Shown in pieces: positions 58,876 through 64,000 of a DNA stretch of 64,000 nucleotides; position 1 is the first letter of the stretch, and the number at the start of each line of letters is the position of its first letter. A program made the translations under genes and the position numbers. The stretch is from positions 18,294 through 82,293 of the forward strand of contig JBBIIG010000009.1 in the NCBI GenBank assembly GCA_037446635.1, in the 5' to 3' direction. Below the pieces are notes generated by a model, which saw only the letters and a list, made by a program, of their open reading frames with translations, was not told the origin of the DNA and did no database searches. Origin of the DNA: a bacterium. Its GTDB lineage: Bacteria > Zhuqueibacterota > Zhuqueibacteria > Oceanimicrobiales > Oceanimicrobiaceae.

Positions 58876-59235
58876 AGCGGCTCCTGCAATTAAGATTAAG
58901 AAAACAAAGCACGGCAATTTGATTCAAAAATCGGACAAACTCGGATAGGTGAGTTACTAATAATCTCGGAGTGATTTAGTTTACATTAGAAGCTCTAACA
59001 AATATTCCAGCTTTTTATCATGCTGAAAGAAAATCAATCAAATTATACAAACAACATTCTGAAAAGTCAAGTTAGAAAATCGTTACTTCAGCCATTGATT
59101 TTGACAAAAATAAATGTATCTTAATACACCATTTCAGAAAAGTTTGCATGGTTTGGGGATCAAGATTTCCTCTAGACAGTTCCGCTCGGTGGACTGTCCT
59201 ACGTACTCAGTTTTAATTGTTAAGGAGAGAATAAA

Positions 59236-59754
59236 ATGCCCGCGCAAAAACCCACTCCCAAAACAAACTTGGACAAAGCTCTCAAGTCGTTTGAAAAAAA
59301 ATTGGCAGCCAAGTTCGCCTCAAAAGAAGAACTGCAAGAAGGCCTGCAAGCCATCGAAAAAAAATTGAGCAAGCTCGCCTCCAAAGTAGAAGTACAAAAA
59401 GCCACCCAAGCCCTGGAGGAAAAGTTGGTGGCCCAACTCGCTTCAAAAGAGGAACTGAAAGAAGGATTACGCGCCCTCGAAGAAAAGCTAGTGGCCCAAC
59501 TCGCCTCAAAGGAGGAGGTGCAGGCGTTCAGAATGGAATTTCTGCAGTTTAAAGATGAAGCAACCCAAAAAGCTGACGAGCGATTCGATATCATCATGCA
59601 AACCCTCGATAAAATGTATGGAAAATTGGAAACCCTCAGCAGCGACAAAGCCGCCGCTGAGCACACTTTCCAGCGCCACGAAAACCGCCTCGATAACCAC
59701 GAACATCGTCTGGATACCCTGGAAATCAAGTCCGGAGTAAAAACCGAAAGTTAA
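59236..59754 (+). CDS. Coiled-coil protein with ASKE repeats (paralog 1)
   Basis: AAGGAG SD; four LASKEE-type ~20-21 aa repeats. Confidence 0.8.
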   Translation: MPAQKPTPKTNLDKALKSFEKKLAAKFASKEELQEGLQAIEKKLSKLASKVEVQKATQALEEKLVAQLASKEELKEGLRALEEKLVAQLASKEEVQAFRMEFLQFKDEATQKADERFDIIMQTLDKMYGKLETLSSDKAAAEHTFQRHENRLDNHEHRLDTLEIKSGVKTES

Positions 59755-59805
59755 TTGATTATCTGTCCCAGACAAAATATGAAAAGTAGAGGAGGAAAAC
59801 TTAAC

Positions 59806-60447
59806 ATGCCCATTCAAAAAACTCTTACCGCGGCTGACTTGGACAAAGCGTTGAAAACGCTCGAAAAAAAGTTGGCAGCCAGGTTCGCCTCAAAAGAAGA
59901 ACTGCAAGAAGGCCTGCAATCCATCGAAAAAAAATTGCGCAAGCTCGCCTCCAAAGTAGAAGTACAAAAAGCCACCCAAGCCCTGGAGGAAAAGTTGGTG
60001 GCCCAACTCGCCTCAAAAGAGGAACTGAAAGAAGGATTGCACGCCACTGAAGAAAAGCTGATTGCTACTCTCGCCACCAAAGAAGAGCTGCACGCAACCG
60101 AAGAAAGATTGATGGCTACACTCGCCGCCAAAGAAGAATTACAAGCGACTGAAGATAGATTGGTAGCCAAAATGGCCACCAAAGAGGATCTGCAGGCATC
60201 CGAAAAACAGCAAAACGCCCAGTTTGAAATTTTGGCGAATCAGGTTGCCACCAATTACAATGAAATTAAAGCGCAAAGCGCCAAAATAGATGGGGTCATA
60301 CAAACACTTGACAAAATAATTGCCAAGTTAGATGCTTTTCAAACCGAAAAAGGGGCCGCCGAGCAGACATTCCAGCGCCACGAAAACCGCCTCGACAACC
60401 ACGAAATCCGCAACTCTACGCTTGAGGAAAAAGTATCGACTGACTAA
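59806..60447 (+). CDS. Coiled-coil protein with A(S/T)KE repeats (paralog 2)
   Basis: GGAGG SD before ATG 59806; six repeats incl. MATKEDL; shared RHENRLDNHE tail. Confidence 0.8.
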   Translation: MPIQKTLTAADLDKALKTLEKKLAARFASKEELQEGLQSIEKKLRKLASKVEVQKATQALEEKLVAQLASKEELKEGLHATEEKLIATLATKEELHATEERLMATLAAKEELQATEDRLVAKMATKEDLQASEKQQNAQFEILANQVATNYNEIKAQSAKIDGVIQTLDKIIAKLDAFQTEKGAAEQTFQRHENRLDNHEIRNSTLEEKVSTD

Positions 60448-60461
60448 CCGCTGTTGACCGC

Positions 60462-63400
60462 TTGTCCAATTCCACCATCGAAAAATTTGATTTCCATCCG
60501 GCCATCCAGCGTTGGTTTGCGGCGACCTTTGGCGAACCGAGCCCGCCGCAAGTAAAGGGCTGGCCAGCCATTTCCAAAGGTCAACACACGCTGATTCTCG
60601 CGCCCACCGGCTCCGGCAAAACGCTTGCTGCTTTTTTGTGGTGCATCGACAATCTCTTCCGCGCCGGTTTGGAAACCGGCGACAAACATTTTGCCCGCAA
60701 CCCGGAGGGGATCCACACGCTGTACATCTCGCCGCTCAAAGCGTTGAACAACGACATCCACCACAATTTGCAGGAGCCGCTCAAAGGCATCCGCGAGCAG
60801 GCAATCGCGATGGACTTGCATCCGCCAGAAATTCGCACCCTCGTGCGCACTGGCGATACGCCGCCGCACATTCGTCAGTCCATGTTAAAACAGCCACCGC
60901 ACATTTTGATCACCACGCCGGAGTCGCTCTATCTTTTGCTCACTTCCAGCCGCGGCCGCGAACTGTTTCGCGGGCTGCGCTATCTCATCGTCGATGAAAT
61001 TCACGCGCTCAGCAACAACAAACGCGGCGTGCATCTCAGCCTCTCGTTGGAGCGTCTGATGCCACTATGTCAACGTGAGCCAGTGCGCATCGGACTTTCT
61101 GCAACGCAGCGGCCGTTGGAGCGCATCGCGGCGTTTCTCGGCGGACAATCCGCAGCGCGGAGCGGTATCCGACAATTTCACGGCGATCAGCCCACGCCGC
61201 GGCCAGTTGCCATCGTCGATTGCGGGCAGCGCAAAAACTTGGATGTGCAAGTTATTTCTCCCGTGGCAAGTTTCAGCGATCTTCCCGACGCCACTGTTTG
61301 GCCGAATGTGATCGAAAAGTTGTACGAGTTGATTCGCAGCCACCGCACCACGTTGGTGTTTGTGAACATGCGCGCGCAGACGGAACGAGTGGCGCGGCTG
61401 CTCAACGAGTTTCATCAAAAAAATAGCGGCGACCCCCACGCGCAGGTGGCGCTGGCGCACCACGGCAGCCTTTCCCGGAAGATTCGTTACGACATCGAGG
61501 CGCGGCTGAAAGCGGGAACGATTCCGGCGGTGATCGCTACGGCGTCGCTGGAGTTGGGCATCGATATCGGCAGCATCGATCTCGTGGTGCAATTGGAGTC
61601 GCCGCGCAGCGTCACTGGCGCGTTGCAGCGCGTGGGGCGCAGCGGGCATCTGTTGCGCGCCATCAGCAAAGGCCGTATTATCCCTCTCTACCCTTCCGAT
61701 CTCGACGACACGGTTGCCCTGGTGCAAAGCATGGCCGCCGGCGAAATCGAAGAAACCGTCGTGCCCGAAAATTGCCTCGACGTGCTCGCCCAACAAATCG
61801 TCGCCGAGCTGGCGATGCGCGCGTGGGATCGGCTTGCGCTCTTTCGGCTGGTGCGTCAAAGTTATTGTTATCGAAACTTGTCGCTTGAGTTGTTCGATTC
61901 GGTGGTGGAAATGTTAGCCGGCCGATTTGCCCGCCTGCCTGTCCGTTTGGCGGATCCGCTTCCGCGCATGGCCTCTGGCGGGCAGGCGGATTCGGAGTTG
62001 CGCGCACTGCAGCCGCGCATCGCGTGGGATAAAATCAACGACCGGCTCATCGCCCGCCGCGGCGCCCGCATGATGGCGGCGATGAACGGCGGCACCATTC
62101 CTGATCGCGGCTACTATAGCGTTTACCTGACGGACGGAAACACCAAGCTGGGCGAGATGGAAGAAGAATTCGTATTCGAATCGCGCGTGGGCAGCGTTTT
62201 CTTTTTGGGAAATAATGAATGGCGCATCGATCAAATTCAACGCGACCGCATCGTCGTTTCGCCGGTGCAAGCGGCTCAGCCGCGGCCGCCATTTTGGAAG
62301 GGTGACACGCTCTATCGCGACTTCGCCACCAGCCAAAAAATCGGCGCGTTCCGTCGGCATGTCAGCGCTGGATTTCAGAGCGGCTCAAACCAACTATCCC
62401 AACCCTGGGCGGATAATTCCGTCGCTGCGAATCTGCGACAGTTTCTGCTGCGTCAACAAGAATTGACCGGCCGTATTGCCACCGATCAGAGCATTATAAT
62501 AGAATGGTTTCGCGACAGCGTCGGCGAGCCGCACGTGATCATCCACACCTGCTTTGGCGCGCGTGTCAACGGGCTTTGGGCAATCGCCCTCGCCGCGTAT
62601 CTCGAAAATCGCCATCGGGTGCAGGTGCAATATTCCTACAACGACGACGGCATCATCATGCGCGCGCTCGATACCACCCTGCCTGCGCAGGCAGGCGAGC
62701 CGCTGCCGATCGCAGAGCTGCTGAAAATTTCCACCGATGAAATCGAAACGCTCATCCGCGCGGCGCTGCTCGACACCCCCATCTTCTCGATTCGCTTCCG
62801 CTACAACGCCGCGCGCGCGTTGATTCTGCCGCGCTCGCAGCCCAATCAGCGCATCCCGCTCTGGCTGCAGCGGCTGCGCGCCGCCGATCTTTTGCAGGTG
62901 GCGCGGCAGTCTCCGGACTTCCCCATCATCATCGAAACCTATCGCGAGTGTTTGCAGGACGTCTTCGATCTGCCGTCGCTGCGAAAGGCGCTGGACGCGC
63001 TTCAGCGCGGCGACATCTCGGTGCACGTGGCGCACACGCCGCATCCCTCGCCGATGGCCTCCGGTTTGATGTTCAATTTTCTCGCCAGCAATTTGTACGA
63101 AACTGATCGCGCGCGCCTGCCCGGACAAGTGGCGGCGGTGAGCAGCGAGCTACTGGCGCAGATTCTTTCGCAGGACAAAATACCGACGATCGTGACGCCG
63201 GCGCTGATCGCGGAGTTCGAAGCGCGCTGGCAAAACCTCGCGCCGGAATTCCACGCCCGCGACGCCGAGGATTTGTTCGCCATCATCGCCAAACTCGCGC
63301 CAATTTCCGAAGGCGAATTGCAGCGCCGCTCGAAACGCGATCCCCGCGAATGGCTCGAGCATTTGCAAAAAGAAAATCGCATTGTGCACATCGCGGAGGG

Positions 63401-64000
63401 CTGGATCACAGCTGAAGATGTCGGTTTGTTTGAAACCATTTCGCTGAAGACAGTCCCTCCCCCATTTCCGCTTTCCCAAACGGGGGAGGACAGGAGGGGG
63501 TCCGAGCGCCTGCGAAGATTTTTGCGGGTTCGCGGGCCGGTTAATCGACAAATTCTCATTCAGCATTTGCAGCTGCCAGCGAAGGAAATTGAGGAGATGC
63601 TGCAAGAATTGTATTCCGCAAAAGAAGTAGTGTGCGGACAACTGGTTGTGGGAGTAGAAGAAGATCTCTGGTGCGACCGTCACAACTTCGCGGAGTTGTA
63701 TCGGCGCGCGGTGGCCGTGCGTCGGGCCGTCACCGCGCCGGCGGACCGCCAGTTGTTTTATCGTTTCCTGCTGCGCTGGCATCAAATCGGGAAAAGTTCT
63801 TCATCGCTAATTGAGTTGATCAAACGCTACGCCGGTTTTCGTTTTCCGATTTCCATTTTTGAAAGAGAAATTCTCGGCAGCCGCTGCAGCAGCGATCTTG
63901 CAAACCTACTGCAAGAATTTTATGACCTGATCGCCTGCGGCGAAATCATTGTCCGGGCTCATCGCGAGAACGAAGACGGCCGGCTCAAATTGGATTTTAT
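60462..64000 (+). CDS. lhr: Lhr-family SF2 helicase (3' truncated by window end)
   Basis: Read by hand in this frame: APTGSGKT, YISPLKAL, TTPESL, DEIH, GLSAT, HHGSL, ATASLELGIDIG, QRVGRSGH, GGTIPDRG. Confidence 0.93.
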   Translation, partial: MSNSTIEKFDFHPAIQRWFAATFGEPSPPQVKGWPAISKGQHTLILAPTGSGKTLAAFLWCIDNLFRAGLETGDKHFARNPEGIHTLYISPLKALNNDIHHNLQEPLKGIREQAIAMDLHPPEIRTLVRTGDTPPHIRQSMLKQPPHILITTPESLYLLLTSSRGRELFRGLRYLIVDEIHALSNNKRGVHLSLSLERLMPLCQREPVRIGLSATQRPLERIAAFLGGQSAARSGIRQFHGDQPTPRPVAIVDCGQRKNLDVQVISPVASFSDLPDATVWPNVIEKLYELIRSHRTTLVFVNMRAQTERVARLLNEFHQKNSGDPHAQVALAHHGSLSRKIRYDIEARLKAGTIPAVIATASLELGIDIGSIDLVVQLESPRSVTGALQRVGRSGHLLRAISKGRIIPLYPSDLDDTVALVQSMAAGEIEETVVPENCLDVLAQQIVAELAMRAWDRLALFRLVRQSYCYRNLSLELFDSVVEMLAGRFARLPVRLADPLPRMASGGQADSELRALQPRIAWDKINDRLIARRGARMMAAMNGGTIPDRGYYSVYLTDGNTKLGEMEEEFVFESRVGSVFFLGNNEWRIDQIQRDRIVVSPVQAAQPRPPFWKGDTLYRDFATSQKIGAFRRHVSAGFQSGSNQLSQPWADNSVAANLRQFLLRQQELTGRIATDQSIIIEWFRDSVGEPHVIIHTCFGARVNGLWAIALAAYLENRHRVQVQYSYNDDGIIMRALDTTLPAQAGEPLPIAELLKISTDEIETLIRAALLDTPIFSIRFRYNAARALILPRSQPNQRIPLWLQRLRAADLLQVARQSPDFPIIIETYRECLQDVFDLPSLRKALDALQRGDISVHVAHTPHPSPMASGLMFNFLASNLYETDRARLPGQVAAVSSELLAQILSQDKIPTIVTPALIAEFEARWQNLAPEFHARDAEDLFAIIAKLAPISEGELQRRSKRDPREWLEHLQKENRIVHIAEGWITAEDVGLFETISLKTVPPPFPLSQTGEDRRGSERLRRFLRVRGPVNRQILIQHLQLPAKEIEEMLQELYSAKEVVCGQLVVGVEEDLWCDRHNFAELYRRAVAVRRAVTAPADRQLFYRFLLRWHQIGKSSSSLIELIKRYAGFRFPISIFEREILGSRCSSDLANLLQEFYDLIACGEIIVRAHRENEDGRLKLDF
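61931..61989. repeat. CCGCCTGCC...GGCAGGCGG element inserted in frame in lhr
   Basis: 9-bp terminal IR; matches intergenic copy at 52713-52758. Confidence 0.8.
63452..63501. repeat. AGTCCCTCCCC...GGGGAGG.CAGGA.GGGGT element in frame in lhr
   Basis: Matches right half of 43750-43824. Confidence 0.75.

Noticed and set aside
60444..63814. Numerous short ORFs listed on both strands
   Set aside because: Shadows of the single long lhr frame, which the track omitted because it has no stop within the window

Overview
A 64 kb stretch of bacterial chromosome with moderately high-GC coding regions. The QNYPNPFN-type C-terminal sorting domains and overall gene content suggest an FCB-group lineage such as KSB1/Calditrichota (inference). 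Most of it is housekeeping: rnhB, yraN, moaA/D/E, nfuA, folE, queG, mrp, cinA-pgpA-pgsA, recR-ybaB-dnaX, SRP RNA, 5 tRNAs, tadA, tenA, rnr, era, proS and a 3'-truncated lhr that the ORF track misses. Accessory content includes a MlaC-DUF3047/TolC/MlaC putative lipid-export cassette, two HEPN/MNT pairs, an MNT fused to QueG, a parD with an internally deleted parE, a secreted-protein locus (lipoprotein, two FG-GAP paralogs, PorV-like barrel), a PEGA pseudokinase, an S8 protease and two tandem ATKE-repeat coiled-coil genes. The most notable unannotated signals are: (i) several families of small palindromic elements, some nested in each other or in a TIR/TSD-bounded MITE, two of which sit in frame inside the Lhr helicase CDS; (ii) a consensus promoter-to-terminator unit (~95 nt RNA) lying antisense to a 14-codon ORF with a perfect SD at 55.8 kb; (iii) a HepT/MntA cassette bracketed by a directly repeated terminator; (iv) tadA overlapping a tRNA 5' end. 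No CRISPR array, transposase, integrase or reverse transcriptase was seen. All calls are by eye from motifs; no database searches were run.
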